Assembly: GCA_035535975.1 (NCBI GenBank)
Contig: DATLPC010000098.1
Span: forward strand, 16,859 to 80,858
Length of the DNA: 64,000 bases
From: Gemmatimonadaceae bacterium
GTDB taxonomy: Bacteria > Gemmatimonadota > Gemmatimonadetes > Gemmatimonadales > Gemmatimonadaceae
Direction: 5' to 3'
The translations under genes were made by a program, and so were the position numbers. The number at the start of each line of letters is the position of its first letter. Positions within the stretch are counted from its first letter, which is position 1. The notes under the pieces are model-generated. The model saw only the letters and a list, made by a program, of their open reading frames with translations, did not search any database and was not told where the DNA came from. Of the stretch, positions 34,790 to 44,089 are shown one piece after another.

Positions 34790-36526
34790 ATGAACGCCGC
34801 ACCGCAGTACGCGGCGCCGATTCACGCACCTAACGCCGCGCTCCTCATCGACTTCGACAACGTCACGATGGGGATTCGCTCCGACCTCGGAAAGGAGCTG
34901 AGAAGCCTCCTCTCGTCGGAGATCATCAAGGGCAAGGTCGCGGTTCAACGCGCCTATGCCGACTGGCGGCGATACCCGCAGTACATCGTCCCCCTGACCG
35001 AAGCCTCGATCGATCTGATCTACGCGCCGGCATACGGGTCATCCAAAAAGAACGCGACCGACATCCGCCTCGCGATCGACGCGCTCGAGCTCGTCTTCGT
35101 CCGGCCTGAAATCGGAACCTTCATTCTGCTCTCCGGCGACTCCGACTTCTCGAGCCTCGTCATCAAGCTGAAGGAATACGGCAAGTACGTCATCGGCGTC
35201 GGCATTCGCGAATCGTCGAGCGACCTGCTCGTCATGAACTGCGACGAGTACTACAGCTACAACGCGCTCGCTGGTCTGGTGAAGGCGTCGGACGAAGAAG
35301 CCACGGTTCGCAAATACGACCCGTGGGAGCTTGTAACCGAAGCCGTGCAGCGCATGAAGCGCAACAACGACGTCATGCGCTCCGATCGCCTGAAGCAGGT
35401 CATGCAGGAGATCGACAACACCTTCGACGAGAAGAATCTCGGGATCTCGAAATTCTCGCGCTTCTGTCAGGAAGCCGCGCAGCGCGGCTTGCTCTCCGTC
35501 ACGAAGCTCGAAAACGGCCAGCTCGAGGTCGATACGCCGGATACCGTTACCGCCGAGGCTCCGGCGCGCGTCGCCGCGTCGCCGACTCTCACGCCGGGCG
35601 AACCGGGTGAAGCACCGGGTGCCGCCGCCGCCGCCGCCGAAGAACGCGGTGGACGGCGCAGCCGGCGAGGCCGTGGCGGCCGTGGTCGTGACCGTGAGGA
35701 CCGCGGCGATCGCGAGCCCCGTGGCGATCGTGAGCCACATCCGACGCCCGTCGCGACGGCCGCTCAACCACCGATCGAGCCCGAGGCGACGCCTCCGGCA
35801 CTCGTCGAGACGCATGTCCCGGATACGTCTGCCGGCTCGACCGGCGAGCGACTCACTCGTGGCGAAGCGTTCGATCTTCTGCGTCGCACGGTCGCCGATC
35901 TCGCTCCCGGCGACGAGTCCGTGCGGGCGAGCGATGTACGCGCGCGCGCGCGTCAGCTGCTTGGCCGCGACTCCGAAAGTCTGAGTGACCGGATGTTCGT
36001 TCGCATCCTCAAGGACGCGCACGACGAAGGGATCATCGATCTTCGCCGTCGTGGAAACGACTTCGAGATCGCTCGCGCTGCCGACGCCGCGCCGGTCGCC
36101 GAGCAGTTGGCGCTCTCCGAGCAGAAGGCAACGCCGCCGGCGCCGCGGCAAACCACGGCCGGGGCGACCGGACCGCGTTTTGGCATGGGGCCGCGTGGCG
36201 CAGGTCCGCGTGGTCGGCCGTCGGCGCCGCCTCCGGAGCTTTTGAACATCGGTGTAGTCGATACAGGAGAACCGGCAGCTCCATCCGCGGCCAGCGCGCC
36301 GGTAAGCGCGAATGGTGGTCCACCCTCCGAGGAGACGGGACCTCGGCCGAGACGAGGCCGCGGCCGTGCCAAGACCGCGGGCGAGGCGACGGCCGGCGCG
36401 AGCGAACCAGCCGCGCCCGCAGCTAAAGCCAAGCGTGCGGCCGCCGGCGGTGGGGCCGCTGCCAAGAAGGCTCCGCGCCGCGGCGGACCTCGAGCGAAGA
36501 AAGGCGCCGGGCAGACCGAAGGATGA
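34790..36526 (+). CDS. NYN (LabA-like) nuclease domain protein with two OST-HTH/LOTUS domains and RG-rich disordered regions
   Basis: ALLIDFDNV...NATDIRLAIDALE...LLSGDSDF gives the NYN active-site pattern. Two LOTUS-like segments follow (VMRSDRLKQVMQEI...FSRFCQEAAQRGLL and VRASDVRARARQLL...FVRILKDAHDEGII), separated by ERGGRRSRRGRGGRGRDREDRGDREPRGDRE. ATG 34721 is an alternative start. Confidence 0.8.
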   Translation: MNAAPQYAAPIHAPNAALLIDFDNVTMGIRSDLGKELRSLLSSEIIKGKVAVQRAYADWRRYPQYIVPLTEASIDLIYAPAYGSSKKNATDIRLAIDALELVFVRPEIGTFILLSGDSDFSSLVIKLKEYGKYVIGVGIRESSSDLLVMNCDEYYSYNALAGLVKASDEEATVRKYDPWELVTEAVQRMKRNNDVMRSDRLKQVMQEIDNTFDEKNLGISKFSRFCQEAAQRGLLSVTKLENGQLEVDTPDTVTAEAPARVAASPTLTPGEPGEAPGAAAAAAEERGGRRSRRGRGGRGRDREDRGDREPRGDREPHPTPVATAAQPPIEPEATPPALVETHVPDTSAGSTGERLTRGEAFDLLRRTVADLAPGDESVRASDVRARARQLLGRDSESLSDRMFVRILKDAHDEGIIDLRRRGNDFEIARAADAAPVAEQLALSEQKATPPAPRQTTAGATGPRFGMGPRGAGPRGRPSAPPPELLNIGVVDTGEPAAPSAASAPVSANGGPPSEETGPRPRRGRGRAKTAGEATAGASEPAAPAAKAKRAAAGGGAAAKKAPRRGGPRAKKGAGQTEG

Positions 36527-37182
36527 TCAAGAACGCCGCGCCACGAGCGCGGCGTTCTCGTCTCTCGCCGCCGCTTCCACCAGCCTTCTACGATCGGCCG
36601 ACCGAGACGGTTGCGCGCGAGCTCTTGGGCGCCGTCCTCGAATGTCATACCCCCGATGGCGTCGCTTCAGGCCGCATTGTCGAAACCGAGGCGTACCTCG
36701 GCGAACATGATCTCGCCTGTCATGCCGCCGCGGGGAAGACGACGCGCACCGCGCCGCTCTACGGTCCGCCAGGCATCGCGTACGTCTACTTCATCTACGG
36801 GATGTACTGGTGCTTCAACGCCGTGACGCGCGCCGAACATGAGCCAAGCGCCGTGCTGGTCCGCGCTGTCGAGCCGCTGGATGGCGTTGAGCTGATGCGT
36901 CGCCGACGATCCAAAGCGCGCCGCGACATCGATCTGACCAACGGCCCCGGGAAGTTGTGCCTTGCACTCGGCATCGACGGGGCGCTGAATTGGTCGCCAC
37001 TCCAACAGCCTCCGCTCCTCATTCGTCAGGGCATACCGATCGATGACGCAGACGTCGTCATTACGCCGCGCATCGGAATCACCGCGTCTGCCGACTGGCC
37101 GCTACGCTGGTTCATTCGCGACAATCAGTATGTCTCAAAGACCCCGCCGCATTTTCCACGTTCTCGCATCGACACGAAATAA
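36523..37182 (+). CDS. mpg: DNA-3-methyladenine glycosylase (Mpg/AAG family)
   Basis: FYDRPTETVARELLG, IVETEAYLG, LYGPPGIAYVYFIYGMYWCFNAV, NGPGKLCLALGI. ATGA overlap with the upstream gene. Confidence 0.85.
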   Translation: MIKNAAPRARRSRLSPPLPPAFYDRPTETVARELLGAVLECHTPDGVASGRIVETEAYLGEHDLACHAAAGKTTRTAPLYGPPGIAYVYFIYGMYWCFNAVTRAEHEPSAVLVRAVEPLDGVELMRRRRSKARRDIDLTNGPGKLCLALGIDGALNWSPLQQPPLLIRQGIPIDDADVVITPRIGITASADWPLRWFIRDNQYVSKTPPHFPRSRIDTK

Positions 37183-37215
37183 AAAGGCCGGTCGTAAAGA
37201 CCGGCCCTTTATTTT
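37181..37215. terminator. bidirectional rho-independent terminator
   Basis: aaaaa-ggccggtc-gtaaa-gaccggcc-ctttatttt: an 8-bp GC stem flanked by an A-run and a T-run, between convergent mpg and the outer-membrane protein gene. Confidence 0.7.
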
Positions 37216-37239
37216 GTCGCCGAGTCGCCGAGTCGCCGA
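37216..37239. repeat. GTCGCCGA x3 tandem repeat
   Basis: gtcgccgagtcgccgagtcgccga lies directly between the terminator and the stop codon of the minus-strand gene. Confidence 0.9.
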
Positions 37240-37240
37240 G

Positions 37241-37906
37241 TCAGTCCCGGTCGATCGACGTTCCGACGTTGTAACGGACCCCGAACTCGAGCGAGAGGTT
37301 GAACGGACGACCGTTGTAGAGAAGGAAGTCGTTCTGGGCAACCGTCGCCACACCTTGCGCGAAGACGGAGAACCAGGATGCGCGACCCTGGAGCCCGCCG
37401 ATGAACATCGGCGAGATACTGACCTTGCGGTCTTGAATCGTTGCCTGCGCGAACGTGAGCTGATCGACGTTGCCGAACGGCCCCTGCGGTGTTGCGCTGG
37501 CAACCTGCTCGACTGAGAACCCCGCGCCGGCGTACGGGTGGAACCGGTCGTGCCGGCCAGGAAAGGCCAACAGCGCCATGTCGAACTTGCGCATGTTCTT
37601 CAGGTCGATGATGCGCGCGCCGCTGTCCGCCGGCGAATTGGGATCGCGCAGCGTCAGCGCCTGCTGCGTGAAGAACGCCTGGCTGCCTGACACGTACAGG
37701 CCGGCGTGTGTGCGCGTGATGAGCCACTCGACGCCGGCGAGCGGATAGCCCCTGTACTGTTGCGCGGTGTCCGCCAGGGCAAAGCCACCGGCTTTGACGC
37801 CCCAGAACCAAGCGTCCTTGAATTGACGGCCGTGCTGGGCGGCCGCGGCGTTCGGAAGCACCGCAGCGATCGCGGAAGCGATCGTCAAGGCACGGATCGT
37901 TCGCAT
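37241..37906 (-). CDS. small outer-membrane beta-barrel protein (porin/OmpW-like class)
   Basis: Signal peptide MRTIRALTIASAIAAVLPNAAAAQ, then alternating aromatic/hydrophilic strands (WFWGVKAGGF, GLYVSGSQAFF, SLEFGVRYNVG). Confidence 0.5.
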   Translation of the reverse strand: MRTIRALTIASAIAAVLPNAAAAQHGRQFKDAWFWGVKAGGFALADTAQQYRGYPLAGVEWLITRTHAGLYVSGSQAFFTQQALTLRDPNSPADSGARIIDLKNMRKFDMALLAFPGRHDRFHPYAGAGFSVEQVASATPQGPFGNVDQLTFAQATIQDRKVSISPMFIGGLQGRASWFSVFAQGVATVAQNDFLLYNGRPFNLSLEFGVRYNVGTSIDRD

Positions 37907-38098
37907 ACGACTCCTCGACAAGTGGATGACAGCCGGTGAGCCGGCTCTGTGTGTCGGACGACAGGGCGGTTAGAACAGTCACGCTCGCTTGCGCCGGATG
38001 CCCCATCGCGCCGTCTCGCGCGGCGTCAAAGAATTTTGCTATAGCCGTGCCCGGGCGGGCTGGCCGGGCGCTGTGACGGGCTTCACATTGCGAGAACG

Positions 38099-38422
38099 AT
38101 GTCTTCCATCCTTCCCGGAACGCGCGAGTTCGAGACGGCGGTCTACGGAACCGTGTTCGGCCGGCGTACGGATGTGCTTCACCGCCTGCGGGTCGGCGAC
38201 CGGCTGATTCTCGTCCCGGACCCACCAGGAACCGACGAGCCGAACGTTTGGGTACACGCGCCGGGGGGCGACGTGATCGGCCACCTGTCTCCCGACATCA
38301 ACGCGTGGCTCGTTCCCTGGATGCTCGACGGCGGCCGCTGCGGCGGCGTCGTCACCCACGTCGCGGGCGACGAGGTGGCGAGCTATAAGAGACTTATCAT
38401 TACCGTACGATGCCGAGCTTAG
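38099..38422 (+). CDS. stand-alone HIRAN domain protein
   Basis: 107 aa. VYGTVFGRRTDVLHRLRVGDRLILVPDPPGTDEPNVWVHAPGGDVIGHLSPDINAWLVPWMLDGG matches the HIRAN pattern (G..f..r...l..G..l.L..eP.N..D.nA..V....G..iGyl.). Confidence 0.6.
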   Translation: MSSILPGTREFETAVYGTVFGRRTDVLHRLRVGDRLILVPDPPGTDEPNVWVHAPGGDVIGHLSPDINAWLVPWMLDGGRCGGVVTHVAGDEVASYKRLIITVRCRA

Positions 38423-39608
38423 CGCCGACCTTCTTGAAGACGCGCACTGCCTGATCGAGATCGTCGCGCGTGTGCGCGGCCGAGATTTGACAGCGTACGC
38501 GCGCCGTCCCGTGCGGCACGACAGGGAAGCCGAACCCGGTGACGAACACGCCCTCGTCGAGGAGCATGTCGCTCATCTGAATCGCCGCCGCCGTCTCGCC
38601 GACGATGATCGGAACGATCGGCGTATCGCCGGGAATCGGGTTGAACCCGGCTTCGGTGATCTGCTCGCGGAAATACGTCGTGTTCTGCCGAAGCTGCTCG
38701 ACCCGCTCGGGATGCTTCTCGACGAAGTCCACCGCGGCCAGCGCGCTCATGGCGACGGTAGGCGGCAACGCGTTCGAGAAGAGCTGCGGCCGCGAACGCT
38801 GCGTGAGGTAATCGGCGAGGACGTTCGGACCGGCGACAAATCCCCCGGCGGCGCCGCCGAGTGCCTTTCCGAGCGTCGATGTGATGATATCCACCTCGCC
38901 GACGAGGCCGAAGTGCTCGGCGACACCGCGCCCCGTCTTGCCGAGCACGCCGGTCGCGTGCGAGTCGTCCACGGCGACGACGGAGTTCGTGTCCCGCGCG
39001 ACCTGGAGGATGTCGGGCAGTTTCGCGATCGCGCCTTCCATCGAGAAGATGCCGTCCGTCCAAATCATCCGTCGCTTGGCGCCTTTCGCCTCGGCGAGCT
39101 TGGCGCGGAGGTCGTCCATGTCGCCGTGCTTGTAGACGGCCGTCGTGCATTTCGTGATCGCCTTGGCGAGCCGCATCGAGTCGATGATCGACGCGTGATT
39201 GAGTGCGTCGGAGACGATGAAGTCCCCCTCCTGCGCGATCGTCGCGGTGAGTCCCTCGTTGGCGTTCCACGCCGACACGAAGCTGAGCGATCCCTCGCAG
39301 CCGACGAACTTCGCCAGCCGCTCCTCGAGCTCGCGATGGATCGTGAAGGTTCCGCAAATGAACCGCACACTCGCCGTTCCCGCGCCGAACTTGTGCAAAC
39401 CGTCGATGCCCGCCTGGACGACGCTCGGTTCATTGGCCAGGCCGAGGTAATTGTTGGACGAGAGGATGAGCACATCGCCCCGTCCTTCCATCTTCACCCG
39501 CGCGGCTTGTGGCGAGTCGAGATGATTGAGGCGCTTGTAGACCTTGTCGGCCTTCAGTTGATCGATGGTGCTCTGGAGAGAGTTCGCAAAATCGGCGTTG
39601 AGGGTCAC
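38400..39608 (-). CDS. kbl: glycine C-acetyltransferase (2-amino-3-ketobutyrate CoA ligase)
   Basis: 402 aa with SNNYLGLA, VRFICGT, DDSHATG and TSTLGKALGG (PLP lysine). Lies downstream of tdh. Confidence 0.9.
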   Translation of the reverse strand: MTLNADFANSLQSTIDQLKADKVYKRLNHLDSPQAARVKMEGRGDVLILSSNNYLGLANEPSVVQAGIDGLHKFGAGTASVRFICGTFTIHRELEERLAKFVGCEGSLSFVSAWNANEGLTATIAQEGDFIVSDALNHASIIDSMRLAKAITKCTTAVYKHGDMDDLRAKLAEAKGAKRRMIWTDGIFSMEGAIAKLPDILQVARDTNSVVAVDDSHATGVLGKTGRGVAEHFGLVGEVDIITSTLGKALGGAAGGFVAGPNVLADYLTQRSRPQLFSNALPPTVAMSALAAVDFVEKHPERVEQLRQNTTYFREQITEAGFNPIPGDTPIVPIIVGETAAAIQMSDMLLDEGVFVTGFGFPVVPHGTARVRCQISAAHTRDDLDQAVRVFKKVGAKLGIVR

Positions 39609-39652
39609 GTCAAATTCCTAGCTCTTGGAGGACGAAAAACGCAACTACGTTC

Positions 39653-39823
39653 TTGAACCACAGAGGACACAGAGGGCACGAAGGGCGCGGAGGACGACCT
39701 AAGACTCGACGCCTCCCGAGCGGCAGTCAACAAAAAATTGTCCGGACTCGTCGTGCATGAGAGCTGGAAGACCGAGGCACTCCTCTGGGTCCTCTGGGTC
39801 CTCCGTGTCCTCTGTGTTCCAAA
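39653..39823. mobile_element. about 170-bp MITE-like element, copy A, with terminal inverted repeats made of GAGGACAC-type 9-bp subrepeats
   Basis: Left end gaaccacagaggacacagagggcacgaagggcgcggaggac. Right end ctcctctgggtcctctgggtcctccgtgtcctctgtgttcc, its imperfect reverse complement. The core shares tcccgag...caaaaa(a)t...ctcgtcg with the copy at 50042-50211. Confidence 0.65.
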
Positions 39824-39867
39824 TGCTTTCTGTTTCTGGACACTGAAGCGTGCCGGGCGGCAGGTTC

Positions 39868-40893
39868 TCAAGCGATCTCGAAGATCACTTTCCCGGCTTC
39901 ACCAGCCTTGATCGCCCGAATCGCGTCATCCGCGGCTTCCAAGGGGAATCGGTGGGTGATGACGGGCGTCGGATCGAACTGGCCGGAGCGAAGAAAGCGC
40001 GTCATCAAGAGCCACGTGTCGTACATTCGTCTGCCGACGACGCCGTAGATGGTGAGTCCCTTGAAGATGATCTCCGTCGCGAAGTCTATGTCCATCGGCT
40101 TCGACGGAATGCCGAGCATCTGGACGCGGCCGCCGACGCGCACCAGCGAAAAGGCCTGATGGATCGCCGACGGGACGCCTGACATCTCGAGCACGACGTC
40201 CACACCGAGCCCGTCGGTGTGACGTTTCACGACGTCTTCCGCCTCGTTGGGGTGCACTACATCGTGCGCGCCCATCTTTTTGGCGAGCGACAGTCGCGTG
40301 TCCTTGACGTCCGACGCGATGATGCGCGACGCGCCCGCTGCCTTGCAAATCCCGATCGCGAAGCAGCCGATCGGTCCGCATCCGGTCACGAGCACCGTCG
40401 CGCCCGGGATCTCCGCGGTCAGCGCCGTGTGAAAGGCGTTGCCCATCGGGTCGTGAATGCCGCCAACGTCGAACGAAACATCGTCGTCGAGATGCCAGAC
40501 GTTGGTCGCCGGCATGGCGATGTATTCCGCGAAGCATCCGTCGCGATCGACGCCGATGATCTTCGTGTACGGACAGACGTGTGAGTTGCCGGTTCGGCAG
40601 AGCAGACAGCGCCCGTCCACGATGTGTCCCTCGGCCGTCACGCGATCGCCTTCGCGCACGTCGGTCACGAGCGAGCCGACTTGCACGACTTCACCGGCGA
40701 ACTCGTGCCCGACGACGATCGGCGGCTTCACGCGGCCCTGCGCCCACGGATCCCAATCGTAGATGTGCACGTCGGTGCCGCACACACCGGCGCGGCGAAC
40801 GCGAATCAGAACTTCGTTGTCCTTGATCGTCGGTTCGGGAACGTTCTTCAACGCGAACCCCGGTCCCGCTTTCTCTTTCACCAGCGCTTTCAC
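39868..40893 (-). CDS. tdh: L-threonine 3-dehydrogenase
   Basis: GTG start at 40893 gives VKALVKEKAGPGF... (E. coli Tdh starts MKALSKLKA...). Zn-ADH motifs GVCGTDVH and GHEFAGEVV, and the GCGPIG NAD-binding loop. Confidence 0.9.
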   Translation of the reverse strand: MKALVKEKAGPGFALKNVPEPTIKDNEVLIRVRRAGVCGTDVHIYDWDPWAQGRVKPPIVVGHEFAGEVVQVGSLVTDVREGDRVTAEGHIVDGRCLLCRTGNSHVCPYTKIIGVDRDGCFAEYIAMPATNVWHLDDDVSFDVGGIHDPMGNAFHTALTAEIPGATVLVTGCGPIGCFAIGICKAAGASRIIASDVKDTRLSLAKKMGAHDVVHPNEAEDVVKRHTDGLGVDVVLEMSGVPSAIHQAFSLVRVGGRVQMLGIPSKPMDIDFATEIIFKGLTIYGVVGRRMYDTWLLMTRFLRSGQFDPTPVITHRFPLEAADDAIRAIKAGEAGKVIFEIA

Positions 40894-41087
40894 GCGCGCC
40901 GCTCCAATGTCGATTGTCGAAAGTGATCGTTGACGCCGCACGAAACGTCGCACGCCACGAGTGTTGATGGAAGCCACGAACACGGCCGCGTCTATTGCGT
41001 GCGATAAAAACATTTCTATATTCGCTTTCAAGCACCCGAGTCAACGCGTGTTTGCGTGTTGTCGCACGGAACGCACGAGGGTACTGC

Positions 41088-42722
41088 GTGGGTCAGTCTC
41101 GACGCGAATTCATCAAGTCGACAAGTGCCGCCCTGGGCGTGGCGGGAATCGCCCCACTTTCCGGCGGTCGCATCGCGACCGACGCGCTGTTCCCACCGCA
41201 AGCCTCTTCTGAACACCCGATCGCGCCCGAGCCGAGCATCACCGAGCTCGCCGCGGTCGCGCTGGACGCCGCGAAGAGCGCCGGCGCCGAATACGCCGAC
41301 GTCCGCTTCGTGCGCAATCGCAATCAGAGCGTGTCGACGCGCGAACAGCGTGTGTCCGGCGTGTCCGACAACGAGACGTACGGCTTCGGGGTGCGCGCGC
41401 TGGTCGGCGGTTGCTGGGGGTTCTCGGCGAGTCGCGAGCTGACGAAGGACGAAGTCGCGCGCGTCGCCAAGCAGGCCGCCGCGCAGGCGCGTGCCAATCG
41501 GTCGGCGCTCGTCCGACCCGTGCAGCTGGCGCCGGCGCCGGTCGTCGCCAACGGAACGTGGAAGAGCCCCATCGAGACGGATCCGTTCAATGTTCCGATC
41601 GAAGAAAAAGTCGCGCTGCTGCTCGCCGCGAACCAGGCGGCGCTCGGCGTGAAGGGCGCGCGCTTCGTGAGCTCCAACATGTTCTTCCTGCGCGAGGAGA
41701 AAACCTTCGCGTCGACCGAAGGCTCCAACACCTTCCAGGTCATTTATCGCACCCAGCCGTCGATGACCGTGACGGCGGTCGGCAGCGGCGATTTCGCGAC
41801 GCGTGAATCCGTCGACATCGCGCCGCGCGGCGTTGGGTACGAGCACGTGCGCGACGCGAAGTTGCTCGAGATGGCGCCGAAGTGGGCGAGCGAGGCTGTC
41901 GAGAAGCTCTCCGCCAAATCCGTCGACGTCGGACGGTACGATCTCGTGCTCCATCCGTCGCACCTCTGGCTCACGATTCACGAGTCCGTCGCCCATCCCA
42001 CCGAGCTCGATCGCGCGATGGGATACGAAGCGAATTACGCGGGCACGAGCTTCGTCGCGCCGCCCGAGAAAGTGCTCGGCGCGCTCAAGTACGGATCGGA
42101 GCTCATGAACATCCGCGGTGACCGGACGCAGCCCGGCTCCTTGTCCGCGTGCGGTTGGGATGATGAAGGCGTAAAACCGGAAGAGTTCGACATCATCAAG
42201 AAGGGCGTGTTCGTCGACTATCAGACGACCCGCGAGCAAGCGTTGTGGCTCGATTGGTACTACAAGAAGCTAGGCAAGCCGACGCGGTCTCACGGGTGTT
42301 CGTACGCGCAGACATGGTCTGCGGTGCAATTCCAGCGCATGCCCAACGTCTCGCTTCTCCCCGGAGCACGAGATCTTGGTTGGGATGATCTGATCGCCGC
42401 CACCGATCGCGGGATCGCCATCATCGGCGACGGCTCGTTCTCGATCGACCAGCAGCGCTACAACGCGCAGTTCGGCGGCCAGGTCTTCTACGAGATCAGG
42501 GGCGGGAAGATCACCGGCATGCTCAAGGACGTCGCCTACCAGATGAAGACGCCGGAATTCTGGGCCAGCCTCGACATGGTCGGCGGTCCCAAGAGCTACT
42601 TCTTGGGCGGCGCGTTCGGTGATGCAAAGGGACAGCCGGTTCAGGTGAACGCGATCAGCCACGGCGCGCCGGTGACGCGCTTCCGGAACGTGAACGTCAT
42701 CAACACGGGCCGGACGGCATGA
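41088..42722 (+). CDS. tldD: TldD-family metalloprotease with twin-arginine (Tat) signal
   Basis: GTG at 41088 after GAGGG. The N-terminus GQSRREFIKSTSAALGVAGIAPL is a Tat motif. HESVAH is the HExxxH of TldD. Confidence 0.8.
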   Translation: MGQSRREFIKSTSAALGVAGIAPLSGGRIATDALFPPQASSEHPIAPEPSITELAAVALDAAKSAGAEYADVRFVRNRNQSVSTREQRVSGVSDNETYGFGVRALVGGCWGFSASRELTKDEVARVAKQAAAQARANRSALVRPVQLAPAPVVANGTWKSPIETDPFNVPIEEKVALLLAANQAALGVKGARFVSSNMFFLREEKTFASTEGSNTFQVIYRTQPSMTVTAVGSGDFATRESVDIAPRGVGYEHVRDAKLLEMAPKWASEAVEKLSAKSVDVGRYDLVLHPSHLWLTIHESVAHPTELDRAMGYEANYAGTSFVAPPEKVLGALKYGSELMNIRGDRTQPGSLSACGWDDEGVKPEEFDIIKKGVFVDYQTTREQALWLDWYYKKLGKPTRSHGCSYAQTWSAVQFQRMPNVSLLPGARDLGWDDLIAATDRGIAIIGDGSFSIDQQRYNAQFGGQVFYEIRGGKITGMLKDVAYQMKTPEFWASLDMVGGPKSYFLGGAFGDAKGQPVQVNAISHGAPVTRFRNVNVINTGRTA

Positions 42723-44089
42723 CGATTCGCTCCCTGCTCACGACGGCACGCTACCTGTCGCGCGAGGAGTGCGAAGCGATCACCAAGAAAGCACTGACGT
42801 TCTCGCATGCCGACGAGGCCCGGGTTCTCGTCAGCAGCACGAACATCAGCAACACGCGCTTCGCGGTGAACCAGATCTCGACCGGCGGCGATGCATTCGA
42901 TTCGGTCGTCACCGTGATCAGCAAGTTCGGAAAGCGGAGCGGCTCGGCGGCCACCAACCAGCTCGACGACGCCGGCCTGCGCGCCGCGGTCGAGATGTCG
43001 GAGCGTGTCGCCAAGTTGAGTCCCGAAGATCCGGAAGGGATGCCCGAGCTCGAGCCGCAGACCTATCGACCGGGCGTGAATTGGAGCGACGCGACCGCTT
43101 CGCTCGATCCCGCGGCGCGCGCCGACGCCGTCAAGCGAATCACCGAGCCGGCGAAAGCCGCGGGCCTCGTGTCCACCGGCTTCATGGAAGCGATCACGAG
43201 CGCCCAGGCGATCGCCAACAGCAAGGGCCTCTTCGCCTATAATCGCTCGACCGCGTCGGTGCTGACGACGACCGTGCGGACGTCCGATGGCACCGGCTCC
43301 GGTTGGGCCGGGGCGACGCATCACGACTGGACCAAGATCGATCCCTCGACGCTCGGTGCGCGGGCCACGGACAAGGCGCGCAGATCCGTCAATGCCGTCG
43401 CGGTCGAGCCAGGCCGATACACCGTGGTGTTCGAACCCACCGCCGCCGGCAATCTCGTGCAGTTCATCGGCCGCGCGTTGAGCGCGCGTGCCGCCGACGA
43501 AGGCCGCTCATTCTTTTCTGCATCGGGTGGAAAGAACAAGATCGGACAGAAAGTCGTCGACGAACGAGTGACGATCGTGTCCGATCCGTTCGATCCGAAC
43601 ATCGCCGGCGCGCCATTCAGCGGCGACGGTTTGCCCACGAAGCCTGTCGTGTGGATCGAGAACGGAGTACTGAAGAATCTCGACTACGACCGGTATTGGG
43701 CGCAGAAGCAACAGCGCGCGCCGACCGGCGCCGGTGGCTCGATCGGTATGACGGGCGGCACGTCGACGATGGACGATTTGATTCGCTCGACGGAACGCGG
43801 CCTCCTCGTCACGCGCTTCTGGTATTTGCGTCCCGTCGATCAGCGAACGATTCTCTACACCGGCCTCACTCGCGATGGTACGTTTCTCATCGAGAACGGC
43901 AAGGTCACGAAGCCGGTGAAGAACATGCGCTTCAACGATTCGCCAATCTTCATGCTCAACAACCTCGAAGCGATGGGCGCGCCGGTGCGCGTCAGCGCGA
44001 GTGAGGGTGGCGAGCCGGGTCAGGCGATCGCCGTTCCACCGATCAAGGTGCGAGATTTCAGCTTCACGAGCTTGAGTGATGCCGTATGA
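42719..44089 (+). CDS. pmbA: PmbA/TldE-family protein (partner of TldD)
   Basis: 456 aa of the TldD/PmbA fold without HExxxH. ATGA overlap with tldD. Confidence 0.8.
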   Translation: MTIRSLLTTARYLSREECEAITKKALTFSHADEARVLVSSTNISNTRFAVNQISTGGDAFDSVVTVISKFGKRSGSAATNQLDDAGLRAAVEMSERVAKLSPEDPEGMPELEPQTYRPGVNWSDATASLDPAARADAVKRITEPAKAAGLVSTGFMEAITSAQAIANSKGLFAYNRSTASVLTTTVRTSDGTGSGWAGATHHDWTKIDPSTLGARATDKARRSVNAVAVEPGRYTVVFEPTAAGNLVQFIGRALSARAADEGRSFFSASGGKNKIGQKVVDERVTIVSDPFDPNIAGAPFSGDGLPTKPVVWIENGVLKNLDYDRYWAQKQQRAPTGAGGSIGMTGGTSTMDDLIRSTERGLLVTRFWYLRPVDQRTILYTGLTRDGTFLIENGKVTKPVKNMRFNDSPIFMLNNLEAMGAPVRVSASEGGEPGQAIAVPPIKVRDFSFTSLSDAV

